Origin: Bacilli bacterium
GTDB lineage: Bacteria; Bacillota; Bacilli; Bacillales; Amphibacillaceae
Reading direction: 5' to 3'
Assembly (NCBI GenBank): GCA_012518125.1
Contig: JAAYTF010000070.1
Location: forward strand, 1,673-65,672
Length of the DNA stretch: 64,000 nt
Below, piece after piece: positions 1 to 10,545 of this stretch. The position numbers and the translations under genes were made by a program. The notes beneath the pieces are model-generated. The model was not told where the DNA came from. It worked only from the letters and a program-made list of their open reading frames with translations, and ran no database searches. Every line of letters starts with the position of its first letter. Position 1 is the first letter of the stretch.

Positions 1-845
1 CCGGCGATTTTGTCTATCTCGTCGATAAAGACGATGCCGGATTGTTCGGCACGTTCGATCGCTTCTTGATGCGCCTCTTCGAGATCGATCAACTTATGCG
101 CCTCTTGTTGGATCAATATTTTGCGCGCCTCTTTCACCGGAAGCTTCCGTTTGCGCTTTTTCGTCGGCAACAATGAGCCGAACGCTTCTTGCATGTTGAA
201 GCCCATGGGTTCCATGCCTGTACCTTGGAGAAGATCGAACATCGAAGGCGGTTGTTCTTCGATTTCGATTTCAACTTTTTGGTCTTCGAGTTGACCGGCT
301 TCTAACATTTGACGGATTCGTTCCCGCTTTTCCCGGATGCTTGGCCCTTCATCTTCTTGATCGTCGTGTTCGTTCATATTCGTAAAAAACATTTCCAATG
401 GGTTTTTTATTTGCTGCGTCTTTTTTGGGCCTGGCACCAACAAGCGAATGAGTTTCCGGTTCGCTTCCTCCGTCGCCTTTTCTTTTACGGCTTCCATCTT
501 TTCTTGTTTCACCATGCGAACCGCCACTTCAACCAAGTCCCGAATCATCGAATCGACATCGCGGCCGACGTAGCCGACTTCGGTAAATTTGGTCGCTTCC
601 ACTTTGACAAACGGGGCATCGACGAGCTTGGCGAGCCTTCTGGCGATTTCCGTTTTGCCGACGCCGGTCGGTCCGATCATCAAAATATTTTTCGGAATGA
701 TTTCATCCCGCAATGATTCGTCCAATTTCATTCTGCGGTAACGGTTCCGAAGCGCGATGGCGACGGACCGTTTCGCCTCTCGTTGACCGACGATATATTG
801 GTCTAATTTTTCAACGATTTGTCTTGGTGTGTAATTTTTTTTCAT
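1..845 (-). CDS. hslU: ATP-dependent protease ATPase subunit HslU (ClpY), N-terminal part; 3' end lies beyond the window edge
   Basis: The frame runs off the window start, so it is absent from the ORF track. Minus-strand translation from the ATG at 845 reads [38 protein letters not shown]...[19 protein letters not shown] (Walker A)...[12 protein letters not shown] (Walker B). It is colinear with B. subtilis ClpY. The + strand ORFs 309..716 and 713..964 are its shadows. Confidence 0.95.
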   Translation of the reverse strand, partial: MKKNYTPRQIVEKLDQYIVGQREAKRSVAIALRNRYRRMKLDESLRDEIIPKNILMIGPTGVGKTEIARRLAKLVDAPFVKVEATKFTEVGYVGRDVDSMIRDLVEVAVRMVKQEKMEAVKEKATEEANRKLIRLLVPGPKKTQQIKNPLEMFFTNMNEHDDQEDEGPSIREKRERIRQMLEAGQLEDQKVEIEIEEQPPSMFDLLQGTGMEPMGFNMQEAFGSLLPTKKRKRKLPVKEARKILIQQEAHKLIDLEEAHQEAIERAEQSGIVFIDEIDKIA

Positions 846-868
846 TTCTTAACACACTCTCCGTTCGA

Positions 869-1414
869 TTATTGAATGACTTCGGTGACGATTTCGTCGT
901 TCGTATACACACAAATGTCGCTGGCAATTTTCAAGGCTGCTTCCGCTATTTCTTTCGCGCTTAAATGCGACGCGTACTTGACGAGCGCCCTGCCAGCACT
1001 TAACGCATAATTGCCACCTGAGCCGATGGCGAGGATGCCGTCATCCGGTTCAATCACTTCGCCGGTTCCCGAAATAAGCAGCAAATGGTCTTTATTCATG
1101 ACGATGAGCATCGCCTCCAATTGACGCAACACTTTGTCGCTGCGCCATTTTTTCGCCAATTGAACAGCAGCACGAACCAAATTGCCATTATATTCTTCCA
1201 AATTTTTTTCAAACATTTCAAATAACGTAAACGCATCGGCCACCGAACCAGCAAATCCGGCGATCACTTCACCGTTGAATAATTTCCGCACTTTTTGCGC
1301 TTTTTGTTTCATGACGACCGCATTGCCGAGTGTGACTTGGCCGTCACCGCTCATGGCGCATTCACCGTTATGACGGATCGCAAATATCGTCGTTCCGCGA
1401 AATTCACTTGCCAT
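869..1414 (-). CDS. hslV: ATP-dependent protease proteolytic subunit HslV (ClpQ)
   Basis: [17 protein letters not shown]...GDGQVT...[13 protein letters not shown]...[12 protein letters not shown]. An AAGGAG SD lies 8 nt before the ATG at 1414. The 181 aa length matches ClpQ. The ORF-track start at 1450 is an upstream in-frame extension. Confidence 0.95.
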   Translation of the reverse strand: MASEFRGTTIFAIRHNGECAMSGDGQVTLGNAVVMKQKAQKVRKLFNGEVIAGFAGSVADAFTLFEMFEKNLEEYNGNLVRAAVQLAKKWRSDKVLRQLEAMLIVMNKDHLLLISGTGEVIEPDDGILAIGSGGNYALSAGRALVKYASHLSAKEIAEAALKIASDICVYTNDEIVTEVIQ

Positions 1415-1427
1415 AACACGTCGCTCC

Positions 1428-2345
1428 TTAACGTTGGTCTTTGTTTGCACGCGGATGGCTGTACATATAGACTCTCCGCAAACGATCTTTCGTCACGTGT
1501 GTGTAAATTTGCGTCGTTGACAAATTTTCGTGTCCCAACAATTCTTGCACGGTCCGCAAATCCGCCCCTTCATTCAACATATGCGTCGCAAACGTATGGC
1601 GGAATTTATGTGGATGGACGTTTACCGTCAAAGACGTTTCTTTGATCATTTGCTTCAAAATGTAGCGGATGCCCCGGGCCGTCAACGGAAAGCCCCGCGC
1701 GTTCAAAAAAACATGTTCGACCGTTTCGTTATGTTTTTTCAACAGTTCGTTGCGGCCTTCGTTAATATATGTCAACAGCGCATCTTTAGCAAATTGTCCA
1801 AAAGGTATGTATCGTTCTTTGTTGCCTTTTCCGACAACTTTGACCATGTTGAATTCGAAATTGATTTGCTCAAGCGTAAGCGATTCGCATTCACTGACGC
1901 GAATGCCGGTCGCATACAACAGTTCGAGCAACGCTTGGTTCCGCTGCCCGAGCGGCGTACTGACGTCGCTTGCTTTAAACAATTCCGCCAATTCTTCAGC
2001 ATAAAAAAAATCCGGAATGAGCTTTTCCTGTTTCGGCAAAGGGATGCGAGCAAGCGGATTTTGTTCGATGATTTGTTCCCTTTCCAAAAACTTAAAAAAC
2101 GAACGCAAGCTCGACAGTTTCCGTGATACAGTGCTTCGGCTGATTTTCCGTTCATAAAGTTGCGTCAAATAAAGGCGGATTTCTTGAAACGTCACGTCGT
2201 TTAAATGTTCAATATGTTCCGTTTCCAAAAAAGCAAAGAAATGTTCGATATCCTTTTTGTAAAATTGAATGGTATACGATGATGCATTTTTTTCGATCGT
2301 CAAATACGCGACAAATTTCTCTAGTGCATCGACGTTTTTGATCAC
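1428..2345 (-). CDS. xerC: Tyrosine recombinase XerC (CodV)
   Basis: The C-terminal catalytic region reads [40 protein letters not shown]. The N-terminus [26 protein letters not shown] aligns with CodV. I prefer the GTG at 2345, which has a GGAG SD 7 nt upstream. Alternative upstream starts extend to 2411. Confidence 0.9.
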   Translation of the reverse strand: MIKNVDALEKFVAYLTIEKNASSYTIQFYKKDIEHFFAFLETEHIEHLNDVTFQEIRLYLTQLYERKISRSTVSRKLSSLRSFFKFLEREQIIEQNPLARIPLPKQEKLIPDFFYAEELAELFKASDVSTPLGQRNQALLELLYATGIRVSECESLTLEQINFEFNMVKVVGKGNKERYIPFGQFAKDALLTYINEGRNELLKKHNETVEHVFLNARGFPLTARGIRYILKQMIKETSLTVNVHPHKFRHTFATHMLNEGADLRTVQELLGHENLSTTQIYTHVTKDRLRRVYMYSHPRANKDQR

Positions 2346-2640
2346 ATGCTCACTCCATACAGCGATATGTTTGAACACATAAAGCATAACATAAAAAATA
2401 GCGAGCGGCAATAAATAAGACGAAATTGTAAAAAAATTCTGAATTGCATATTTACAGTCTTTAATTCCGAAATCGGGCTCGACCGTTTACAACCAAAAAA
2501 TGATTTTACGTTTTCATATATGAATTGTCAAACAATTAGAATAAATAGTGAAAAATATGACAGATGGCTGAACATTTTGATAAAAAATGAGCACAATTGC
2601 AAAATTAATGTATAATAAATTTGTGTCACAATTTCATACA

Positions 2641-2888
2641 TCGGGTAGATGATGTGAAAAACATCTTAAAAGGGAAGTTGGTAAAAACCACGCGGACCCG
2701 CCACTGTATGTCGGAGCTAGCTGGATGATGCCACTGTACAGATTTGTATGGGAAGGCCCAGTGATGCGATGATGATGAGCCAGGAGACCTGTCTACTCGA
2801 TTCGTATGCCAGAACCTACGGGAAATAGGGGGGTGTATGTTACCATTTTTCCATTTCCGATATTCTGGGAATGGTTTTTTGTTTTTTT
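2641..2888 (+). promoter_or_regulatory. Cobalamin (B12) riboswitch with intrinsic-terminator expression platform
   Basis: Conserved core AAAAGGGAAGTTGGTAAAAACCACGCGGACCCGCCACTGT at about 2668-2707. A second GCCACTGT...GGGAAGGC lies at 2740-2767. The B12 box AGCCAGGAGACCTGTC is at 2778-2793. P1 pairs TCGGGTAG (2641-2648) with CTACTCGA (2793-2800). The terminator hairpin CCATTTCC/GGGAATGG (2851-2874) is followed by TTTTTTGTTTTTTT. Confidence 0.85.
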
Positions 2889-2929
2889 CGCAAATTGATC
2901 GATTCAAGATTCAGAAGGGGGAACATGAC

Positions 2930-3925
2930 ATGAAAAAACATCACGTATTCAAATGGTTGTTCATAATCGGAATCCTTTCACTCCTTTTTTTGGTTGGATG
3001 CAGCGACAATGACGCAAGTGAGCACACAAACGACGAAACGAGCGGCGAAACGACGGAACAGAGAGAAGATTCGGGGAATTTTCCTTTACAATTGACCGAC
3101 AGCACCGGACATACGGTGACGATCGATAAAAAACCGGAAAAAATTATCCCTTTAATCCCTTCGAATACGGAAATATTGTTTGCATTGGGACTTGGCGAAA
3201 AAGTCATCGCCGTCACAGAAAACGACAATTATCCTGAAGAAGTTTTGGAACTTGAAAAAGTCGGCGACGCTCAAATCAACGTCGAAAAGATTATCAGCCT
3301 CGAGCCGGATTTGGTTTTGGCGCATGAATCCGGTAAAAATATGGCGTTTGACGCATTTGAACAATTGATCGATGCGGGCATCAACGTGTACTTTGTCTCC
3401 GACGCACAAAGCATCGAAGAAACATTTGCTTCCATCGAAGAAATCGGCAAAGTGACCGGCGCCGAAGAAGAAGCGCAACAGTTGGTTGAGGAAATGAAAA
3501 AAGGATTCGAAGAAATCAGCGCCATTGCTGAACAAATCCCGGAAAACGAACGGAAATCGGTGTTCTTTGAAATTTCCGGCGAACCTGAAATATATACGGG
3601 CGGCGCAGGGACGTTTTTCAACGAGTTGATTGAGCTGATCAATGCGAAAAACGCTGCCGGCAGCTTGGAAGGATGGGCAAAAATCGATCCAGAAGCGATC
3701 GTCGATTTAAACCCGGATGTCATCATCACGTTATACGGTGAATTCTCGACTGAGGATCCTGTCGAGCAAGTGAAAAACCGTGACGGATTCGGCGACGTAA
3801 ACGCGGTGAAAAACGGACAAATTTTTGACCTCGACGATGACATCGTAAGCCGACCTGGCCCTCGTTTGGTCGATGGGGCAAAAGCATTGGCAAATCTCGT
3901 TTATCCTGAATATTTTAATGAATAA
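2930..3925 (+). CDS. Lipoprotein, ABC-type substrate-binding protein of the BtuF/FecB (Peripla_BP_2) class, probable cobalamin binder
   Basis: The ATG at 2930 has an AAGGGGGA SD. The signal peptide and lipobox read MKKHHVFKWLFIIGILSLLFLVGC. The body is typical of class III SBPs (IIPLIPSNTEILFALGLGEKVIAV...EPDLVL...NPDVII...RPGPRLVDG). It lies directly downstream of the B12 riboswitch. No permease or ATPase gene follows. Confidence 0.8.
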   Translation: MKKHHVFKWLFIIGILSLLFLVGCSDNDASEHTNDETSGETTEQREDSGNFPLQLTDSTGHTVTIDKKPEKIIPLIPSNTEILFALGLGEKVIAVTENDNYPEEVLELEKVGDAQINVEKIISLEPDLVLAHESGKNMAFDAFEQLIDAGINVYFVSDAQSIEETFASIEEIGKVTGAEEEAQQLVEEMKKGFEEISAIAEQIPENERKSVFFEISGEPEIYTGGAGTFFNELIELINAKNAAGSLEGWAKIDPEAIVDLNPDVIITLYGEFSTEDPVEQVKNRDGFGDVNAVKNGQIFDLDDDIVSRPGPRLVDGAKALANLVYPEYFNE

Positions 3926-3928
3926 CAC

Positions 3929-3971
3929 AAAAAACGTTCTCCATCTTGAACATGATGGAGAACGTTTTTTA
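3929..3971. terminator. Bidirectional intrinsic terminator between the SBP gene and the convergent phosphatase gene
   Basis: A perfect 15-bp stem pairs AAAACGTTCTCCATC (3931-3945) with GATGGAGAACGTTTT (3954-3968). It is flanked by an A-run upstream and a T-run downstream. Confidence 0.85.
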
Positions 3972-4114
3972 GCGGAAACATATGGCAATACAATATGCGA
4001 AGAAAATAGAAAATTCCCATTCTTTTCTTTCATGTTTCGGTCAAAGTTTCTGCCGGGCGGCTAATGTTATTGGAAAAAATTTTAACCGTCGGTAAGAACA
4101 GGCGTCGTTGATGG

Positions 4115-4723
4115 TTAAAATCGATGGACCGTCATTTGTTCCCCGACAGCAACCAATTCCACCGTTTGTCCGACAATTTTCACTTTTGTTACGGACGCGC
4201 TTTTGACGAGCGGCGTTTCCCAAAAGTTTTCCAAAGGTAGGTCTTTAATGGTCGCCAAAACCATTTGAATGACAACGCCGTGCGTCACGACCAAGATGTT
4301 GCCGTCCGGACCGTCTTCAACCAGTTCTTGTAAAAAGTCTTCCGTCCGCCTTTTCAATTCATCGAACGTTTCACACGATTCATGTTTGAATTTGCCTGGG
4401 TCAAACCAATAATGTTCGTACAACGTAGGATGTTTTTCCTTGAGCTCGCTCCAACGCATCCCTTGAAATGGCCCCATGTACAATTCCTTCAAACGGTCAT
4501 CTTTAAAGATCGCTTTCCCTGGCGCAAGGATTTTTGCCGTTTCATACGCCCGTTTCGACGGGCTGGAATAAATTTTTCGCCATTCAATATGTGCGAGCGC
4601 TTCTTGCAATGTTTCAACTTGTTCGATTCCGGTTTTGGTCAACGTCGAGTCGCTGTGCCCTTGAATCCGTTTTTCAACATTGAAATCCGTTTCGCCATGG
4701 CGGACAAAATAGATCATTCGCAT
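4115..4723 (-). CDS. Histidine phosphatase family protein (phosphoglycerate mutase-like; possibly CobC-type alpha-ribazole-phosphate phosphatase)
   Basis: The RHG catalytic motif is near the N-terminus (MRMIYFVRHGETDFN). A downstream VVTHG motif is present. An AAAGGAG SD lies 7 nt before the ATG at 4723. The CobC role is inferred only from its position next to the B12 riboswitch gene. Confidence 0.8.
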   Translation of the reverse strand: MRMIYFVRHGETDFNVEKRIQGHSDSTLTKTGIEQVETLQEALAHIEWRKIYSSPSKRAYETAKILAPGKAIFKDDRLKELYMGPFQGMRWSELKEKHPTLYEHYWFDPGKFKHESCETFDELKRRTEDFLQELVEDGPDGNILVVTHGVVIQMVLATIKDLPLENFWETPLVKSASVTKVKIVGQTVELVAVGEQMTVHRF

Positions 4724-4840
4724 ACGGTTGCTCCTTTTTGATGGTTTATGTCAGCTACTGAAGCCGTCGGAATAAGGAAAACCCGCCGGCAGGATTCGAA
4801 TGGACAAATGTGCCCTTTTCTCAAAACCGCCGGCATCACA

Positions 4841-6919
4841 TCACGTTTGTTCCTGTTCTTCATAATCGCAATTGCTGCAAAGCACTTGCACTTTCTTTTT
4901 CGTCCGTTTCTCGACCAAATAAGCGTCGCATTTCGGACAATTGCGCGGAATCGGTTTATCCCAGGAAACGAATTCACATTCCGGATACCGTTCACAGCCG
5001 TAAAACGTACGATTCTTTTTCGATTTCCGTTCGACGATTTCGCCTTCTTTACAGACCGGGCATTTGACGCCGATTTTCTTTAAAATTGGTTTGGCGTTGC
5101 GGCATTCCGGGAAGTTGGAGCAAGCGATGAACTTTCCGTAGCGGCCCATTTTGTAAACCATCGGACTGCCGCATTTTTCGCAATCGATTCCGGCAGGTTC
5201 GTCTTTGATTTCGACGGTTTTCATTTCCTCTTCCGCTTGCTTCAACCGTTTTTCAAATTCTTTGTAAAAATTATCGATGATTTCGATCCATTTCGCTTTG
5301 CCCTCTTCAATCAAATCGAGGTCCCGTTCCATTTTCGCGGTAAAATCGACATTGACGATTTCCGGAAAATATTCGATTAAAATTTCGTTGACGATTTCAC
5401 CGAGCTCCGTCGGCACGAAACGGCGGTTGTCCAATGCGACGTATCCGCGCCGTTGGATCGTATCGAGCGTCGGCGCATACGTCGAAGGCCGGCCGATCCC
5501 TTTTTTCTCCATCGCACCGACGAGCGTCGCTTCCGTGTAGCGAGGCGGCGGTTGCGTAAAATGCTGTTTTGGAGTGATTTCTTTCGCTTTTATTTCATCG
5601 TTTTCATTCAACTCTGGCAAATACGTTTCTTCCTCTTTTTTCTCGTTGTCCGTGCCTTCAACGTACACTTTCATGAATCCTTCAAATTTGATTTTTGAAC
5701 CGGTCGCGCGGAATTCAACGTTGTTATTTTCCAAATGGACGGTCATCGTATCCATGACCGCCGGTGCCATTTGGCTCGCCAAAAAGCGGTCGTAAATCAA
5801 TTTGTACAAGCGATATTGGTCGCGCGACAACACGTCCTTTAATTGTTCCGGTTCGCGCAAAATGGAAGTCGGTCTGATCGCTTCATGGGCATCTTGCGCC
5901 CCTTCTTGCAATTTTTCTTTACGCTTCGGTCCGACATATTCGCTGCCAAACTTTTCTTCGATATATTTTCTCGTTTCTTCTTCCGCCACCGGGGATACGC
6001 GCGTCGAATCGGTACGCATATACGTAATCAGACCGGTGATGCCCCCGGCTTTGGCGCCAAGGTCGATCCCTTCGTACAATTGCTGGGCGATCATCATCGT
6101 TTTCCGGGCTCTGAAATTGAGCTTTCGCGCCGCTTCCTGTTGCAACGTGGAAGTGATGAAAGGGCTCGCCGGGTTTTTGCGCCGCTGTCGCTTCGTCACT
6201 TTCGTAACGATGAATTTGTCATCTTTTAGCATGGACGTTATGTTTTTTACATCGTCTTCTGTTTTCAATTCCAGCTTTTTTCCTTTGACACCGTAAAACT
6301 TGCCGATAAATTCGCTATCATCCTTCAAAAATGTCGCTTCGATCGACCAATATTCTTCCGGTTTGAAATTTTTAATTTCATTTTCACGGTCGATGATCAT
6401 CTTTACCGCGACCGTTTGCACCCGTCCTGCACTCAACCCTTTTTTCACCTTTTTCCATAAGAGCGGGCTGATATTGTAGCCGACGAGCCGGTCGAGGACG
6501 CGGCGCGCTTGCTGTGCATCGACGAGATTGTAGTCGATTTTGCGCGGTTTTTTGAAAGATTCTTTCACCGCATCTTTTGTGATTTCATTAAAGACGACAC
6601 GGCATTCGGAATCCAAATCCATGTCCAGCGCTTGCGCCAAATGCCACGCGATCGCTTCCCCTTCTCGGTCGGGGTCGGCTGCAAGATAGACTCGTTTCGC
6701 TTTTTTTGCTTCTTTGCGCAATTCCTTTAATATTTCGCCCTTGCCGCGAATCGTTATATATTTCGGTGCATAATCGTTTTCGATATCGACGCCCATTTGG
6801 CTTTTCGGAAGGTCGCGGACATGGCCCATCGATGCTTTCACTTTATATCGTTTTCCCAAGTATCGTTCAATGGTTTTTGCTTTTGCTGGAGATTCAACGA
6901 TCACTAAATAATCTGCCAT
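4841..6919 (-). CDS. topA: DNA topoisomerase I
   Basis: 692 aa. The Toprim N-terminus reads [22 protein letters not shown]. The active-site region reads TYMRTDS. The C-terminus carries repeated CxxC...CxxC zinc ribbons. Confidence 0.97.
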   Translation of the reverse strand: MADYLVIVESPAKAKTIERYLGKRYKVKASMGHVRDLPKSQMGVDIENDYAPKYITIRGKGEILKELRKEAKKAKRVYLAADPDREGEAIAWHLAQALDMDLDSECRVVFNEITKDAVKESFKKPRKIDYNLVDAQQARRVLDRLVGYNISPLLWKKVKKGLSAGRVQTVAVKMIIDRENEIKNFKPEEYWSIEATFLKDDSEFIGKFYGVKGKKLELKTEDDVKNITSMLKDDKFIVTKVTKRQRRKNPASPFITSTLQQEAARKLNFRARKTMMIAQQLYEGIDLGAKAGGITGLITYMRTDSTRVSPVAEEETRKYIEEKFGSEYVGPKRKEKLQEGAQDAHEAIRPTSILREPEQLKDVLSRDQYRLYKLIYDRFLASQMAPAVMDTMTVHLENNNVEFRATGSKIKFEGFMKVYVEGTDNEKKEEETYLPELNENDEIKAKEITPKQHFTQPPPRYTEATLVGAMEKKGIGRPSTYAPTLDTIQRRGYVALDNRRFVPTELGEIVNEILIEYFPEIVNVDFTAKMERDLDLIEEGKAKWIEIIDNFYKEFEKRLKQAEEEMKTVEIKDEPAGIDCEKCGSPMVYKMGRYGKFIACSNFPECRNAKPILKKIGVKCPVCKEGEIVERKSKKNRTFYGCERYPECEFVSWDKPIPRNCPKCDAYLVEKRTKKKVQVLCSNCDYEEQEQT

Positions 6920-6997
6920 CTAATATCCTCCCAAAATTGAGGTAGTTCATCCACCAATTTCATTGCTTCTTTTTCATGGAAAATAAAATAGAAATCT

Positions 6998-7032
6998 TCA
7001 CTTATAGTAAGAAGATAGAACGACTTTGTCAA
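6998..7032 (-). promoter_or_regulatory. Putative sigma-A promoter for topA
   Basis: The minus strand reads TTGACA (7032-7027), a 17-19 nt spacer, then TACTAT/TATAAG. It lies about 80 nt upstream of the topA SD. Confidence 0.4.
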
Positions 7033-7080
7033 ATATAGCGAATAATTTTTTAACAAATCGTGGTTTTTTTAAAAAAATGT

Positions 7081-7971
7081 TCACCATCGCTCTTTGTTCC
7101 ATACGTAAAAATCTTCCAAAATATCCGTCGCACTCGTTACTAGTTTTGCACCTTCCTGAATCATTTTATGACAACCTTTCGTTTGCGGGCATAAAATCGA
7201 CCCGGGAACGGCGTAAACGTCTTTTCCTTGTTCCAAGGCATGATCGACTGTGATGTACGTGCCGCTTTTTTCTTTCGCTTCGATGACGAGCGTTGCATCG
7301 GACAATCCGCTGATGATGCGGTTTCGTTCAGGAAAGTGATGTTTCCGCGGTTTTACGTGCGGTGGATATTCGCTAATGACAAGCCCTCTTCGGGCGATTT
7401 CGTTGCATAAAGAGATGTGCCCTTTAGGATATATATGCTGAAAACCGCTTCCTAATACGGCGATTGTCGTGCCGTTATATTTTAGTGCAAGCTCGTGAGC
7501 GTATCGGTCGATGCCGTAAGCGAGTCCGCTCACGATCGTCCATCCTAAATGAACCAAGGGGGAAACGACGAAGTGTAATTTTTTGGGGCCCATAGGGGAA
7601 GGGTTTCTCGTGCCGACGACGCTGATGGAAGGTTTTTTGTGTAGCAAAGCGATGTCGCCCAAACCGTATAAGACAAAAGGGCGATCCGATATGTTTCGTA
7701 ACGAAGCGGGATACTGTTCATCAAAAATCGTAACGACATGGACATGTTTCAAATTGTTTTCGAAAACTTCCCATTTCGCTTCATCGTGAAGGCATTGATA
7801 CATGTCCACCGCACGTGAATGCGGAAGGTTGAGCGTTCTGCTTAATTCATTCGGACTCATCTGAAAAAAGCTTTCCAACGTTGCATCCAACTTCAGCATG
7901 TTTTCGATTAGGCGCCTCGAGATGGTATCCACGTGGTGCAGTCGGATTAAGCGCTCTCTAATTTCGGACAA
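7081..7971 (-). CDS. dprA: DNA processing protein DprA (Smf)
   Basis: 296 aa with the Rossmann-like DprA core (VVGTRNPSPMG...IVSGLAYGIDRYAHELAL...AVLGSG...YPPH...FPERNRIISGLS). Its position between sucD and topA matches B. subtilis. Confidence 0.93.
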   Translation of the reverse strand: MSEIRERLIRLHHVDTISRRLIENMLKLDATLESFFQMSPNELSRTLNLPHSRAVDMYQCLHDEAKWEVFENNLKHVHVVTIFDEQYPASLRNISDRPFVLYGLGDIALLHKKPSISVVGTRNPSPMGPKKLHFVVSPLVHLGWTIVSGLAYGIDRYAHELALKYNGTTIAVLGSGFQHIYPKGHISLCNEIARRGLVISEYPPHVKPRKHHFPERNRIISGLSDATLVIEAKEKSGTYITVDHALEQGKDVYAVPGSILCPQTKGCHKMIQEGAKLVTSATDILEDFYVWNKERW

Positions 7972-7999
7972 GTCGTATCACCCTCAATCATTCTTATGA

Positions 8000-8044
8000 T
8001 GAGATAAAAGGAAGATGTCGGCACATGGGCCGAATCTTCCTTTC
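8000..8044 (-). terminator. Intrinsic terminator after sucD
   Basis: On the minus strand, AAAGGAAGAT...ATCTTCCTTT forms a stem (8006-8015 with 8033-8042) followed by TTTTATCT. Confidence 0.6.
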
Positions 8045-8056
8045 TCATTTCTTATA

Positions 8057-8959
8057 TTAATGCGTTTTGCATTTTTCATCTAGTCCGTGTTCTTTCAACA
8101 GCTCAATCATCGTTTTACCCATTTCAGCTGGAGATTCAGCAACTTTAATGCCGCATTCTCTCATGACGCGTTTTTTCGCTTCTGCTGTGCCTTCCCCACC
8201 TGAAATGATCGCACCTGCGTGACCCATTCTTTTTCCTGGAGGTGCCGTTGCCCCACCGATGAAGCCGGCGACAGGTTTTTTCATGTTTTCTTTGATCCAA
8301 CGTGCAGCTTCTTCCTCAGCTGTACCGCCGATTTCACCGATCATGAACACGGCCAACGTCTCTGGGTCTTCATTGAACGCTTTTAAGGCATCGATAAAGT
8401 TGGTTCCGTTGACCGGGTCGCCACCGATTCCGACTGCAGTCGTCTGACCATAGCCCGCTTGGGTCAATTGATACACCGCTTCATATGTCAACGTTCCAGA
8501 ACGGGAAACGACTCCGATGTGGCCTTTTTTGAAAATGTATCCAGGCATGATGCCGATTTTTGTCTCTTCAGCTGTCACGATGCCAGGGCAGTTCGGACCT
8601 AACAGACGGGTTTTCTTGCCTTCCATGTAACGCTTGACAGTAACCATATCAGCGATCGGAATATGTTCCGTGATACAAATCGCCATGTCCAATTCGGCGT
8701 CGACTGCCTCCATGATGGCATCTGCCGCAAAAGGCGCCGGGACGAAGATGATGGAAACATTTGCGCCAGTTTCTTTCACCGCTTCTTCAACCGTATTGAA
8801 TACAGGAACACCTAATACTTCCGTGCCACCTTTTCCAGGTGTGACCCCGCCGACGATTTTCGTACCGTATTCCAACATTGCTTTTGTATGGTCTAAACCG
8901 GCAGAACCGGTGATACCTTGCACAATGACTTTCGTATCTTTATTAACAAAAATACTCAT
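8057..8959 (-). CDS. sucD: Succinyl-CoA ligase subunit alpha
   Basis: [21 protein letters not shown]...SRSGTLTYE...GHAGAII. An AAAGGA SD precedes the ATG at 8959. The 300 aa length matches B. subtilis SucD. Confidence 0.96.
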   Translation of the reverse strand: MSIFVNKDTKVIVQGITGSAGLDHTKAMLEYGTKIVGGVTPGKGGTEVLGVPVFNTVEEAVKETGANVSIIFVPAPFAADAIMEAVDAELDMAICITEHIPIADMVTVKRYMEGKKTRLLGPNCPGIVTAEETKIGIMPGYIFKKGHIGVVSRSGTLTYEAVYQLTQAGYGQTTAVGIGGDPVNGTNFIDALKAFNEDPETLAVFMIGEIGGTAEEEAARWIKENMKKPVAGFIGGATAPPGKRMGHAGAIISGGEGTAEAKKRVMRECGIKVAESPAEMGKTMIELLKEHGLDEKCKTH

Positions 8960-9011
8960 ATTCGTACGTCCTTTCACGTTTCGTTATTTTTTATAAAATG
9001 GTTAAACTTGA

Positions 9012-10175
9012 TTACTGATTCACCAAGTCGACAATTTTTTGTGCTCCATCAGCCATTGAATCAGCTGCAACGATATTCAAACCGGATTCTTCGAGCATCT
9101 TTTTGCCGATGTCAACGTTCGTTCCTTCCAAACGAACGACGAGCGGAATGTTCAATCCGAGCTGCTTCGTCGCTTCGATGATGCCTGCCGCGATGTTGTC
9201 GCACTTCATAATTCCACCGAACACGTTTACGAAGATGCCTTTTACGTTTTCATCCGACAAGATGATTTTGAAAGCTTCCGCAACTTTTTCCGCAGTAGCG
9301 TCTCCACCTACGTCCAGGAAGTTTGCCGGGTTTCCGCCATGGTACTTGATGATATCCATCGTAGCCATCGCCAAGCCGGCGCCGTTAACCATGCACCCGA
9401 TGTTTCCGTCCAACTTGATGTAGCTTAAGCCGTGTTTGGAAGCTTCGATTTCATTCGGGTCTTCTTCGTCAAAGTCACGAAGTTCGAGAATCTCAGGATG
9501 ACGGTAAAGCGCGTTTTCGTCAAAGTTGATTTTCGCGTCAAGCGCTACGACTTCGCCTTCTTTCGTCGTAACGAGCGGGTTGATCTCCGCGATCATGCAA
9601 TCTTTTTCGACGAAAACTTTGTACAAGTTTTGCAATAGTTTTGCAACTTTGTTGACCAGTTCGTTCGGGAAGTTCAAGTTGAACGCCATTCTTCTTGCTT
9701 GGAAACCTGTCAAGCCGACTAATGGATCGATCACTTCCGTGAAAATTTTCTCCGGTGATTCCTTGGCGACTTCTTCGATTTCCATTCCACCTTCTGCAGA
9801 ACCCATCAGCACGACTCTCGAAGTTTTGCGATCCAAAACAAGGCCTATGTAATATTCTTTGTCGATGTTGGAGCCTTCTTCAATTAAAAGGCGTTTGACT
9901 TCTTTCCCCTCTGGCCCTGTCTGGTGCGTGACGAGCGTTTTGCCAAGAAGTTCTTTTGCGTACTGTTCAACTTCTTCAAGGCTTTTTGCAATTTTTACAC
10001 CGCCAGCTTTGCCGCGGCCACCCGCATGAATTTGCGCCTTGACGACGGTGACATCGCTGCCGAGCTTTTTCGCGTTTTCGACAGCTTCTTCAACCGTAAA
10101 CGCAACATAGCCTCTTGGTACGTTGACACCGTATTCTCTTAATAAGTCTTTACTCTGATACTCGTGAATGTTCAT
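9012..10175 (-). CDS. sucC: Succinyl-CoA ligase subunit beta
   Basis: [17 protein letters not shown]...[27 protein letters not shown] precedes the ATG at 10175. The ORF-track start at 10202 is an extension. Confidence 0.96.
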   Translation of the reverse strand: MNIHEYQSKDLLREYGVNVPRGYVAFTVEEAVENAKKLGSDVTVVKAQIHAGGRGKAGGVKIAKSLEEVEQYAKELLGKTLVTHQTGPEGKEVKRLLIEEGSNIDKEYYIGLVLDRKTSRVVLMGSAEGGMEIEEVAKESPEKIFTEVIDPLVGLTGFQARRMAFNLNFPNELVNKVAKLLQNLYKVFVEKDCMIAEINPLVTTKEGEVVALDAKINFDENALYRHPEILELRDFDEEDPNEIEASKHGLSYIKLDGNIGCMVNGAGLAMATMDIIKYHGGNPANFLDVGGDATAEKVAEAFKIILSDENVKGIFVNVFGGIMKCDNIAAGIIEATKQLGLNIPLVVRLEGTNVDIGKKMLEESGLNIVAADSMADGAQKIVDLVNQ

Positions 10176-10275
10176 CCTTAATCCTCCATTTTTAAAATTC
10201 AATACATTAGTTATTGTAATAAAAAGTCCAATTTTTCACAAAGGATAAGATATTTTGATAGTCGTTGATCATAAC

Positions 10276-10545
10276 TCATGATGTGTTTTGTTGATCAAGG
10301 CGATAAATGAAGGCGAAAACTTCCGCCACCGCTTCATACAATTCTTCCGGGATCGTTTCATTTATGTCCAATTCGCTCAACAACTCGACCAATGTCGGAT
10401 CCTCGACAATCGGTACATCATGTTCCTTTGCCTTTTCAATGATTTTCTCAGCCACTTTTCCTTTGCCTATTGCGCTGATCCGCGGCGCTTCCTGCGACAA
10501 TTTATCGTACGTCAAAGCGGCCGCTTTTTTCCTTTTATCCATCAT
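10276..10545 (-). CDS. ylqH: Free-standing FlhB/EscU C-terminal-domain-like protein (YlqH family)
   Basis: 89 aa. ...APRISAIGKGKVAEKIIEKAKEHDVPIVEDPTLVELL...IPEELYEAVAEVFAFIYRL matches the post-cleavage FlhB-CC subdomain. There are no TM segments and no NPTH autocleavage motif. It overlaps the upstream gene by 4 nt. Confidence 0.85.
   Translation of the reverse strand: MMDKRKKAAALTYDKLSQEAPRISAIGKGKVAEKIIEKAKEHDVPIVEDPTLVELLSELDINETIPEELYEAVAEVFAFIYRLDQQNTS

Noticed and set aside
309-964. + strand ORFs 309..716 and 713..964 at the window start, where the track shows no minus-strand gene.
   Set aside because: The minus strand encodes HslU with Walker A and B motifs. It is missing from the track only because the frame runs off the window edge. 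The + strand frames are shadows.
2626-2907. A 93-aa minus-strand ORF in the xerC-SBP intergenic region.
   Set aside because: It is antisense to the cobalamin riboswitch aptamer and terminator. It has no SD, and its composition is driven by the structured RNA on the other strand.
4770-4840. A GC-rich GCCGGCGG / CCTGCCGGCGGG repeat downstream of topA, considered as a REP-like element or terminator.
   Set aside because: Only a 4-bp local hairpin or a 6-bp stem with a roughly 40-nt loop can form. There is no second copy in the window. It may be a weak topA terminator, but the evidence is not strong enough to annotate.
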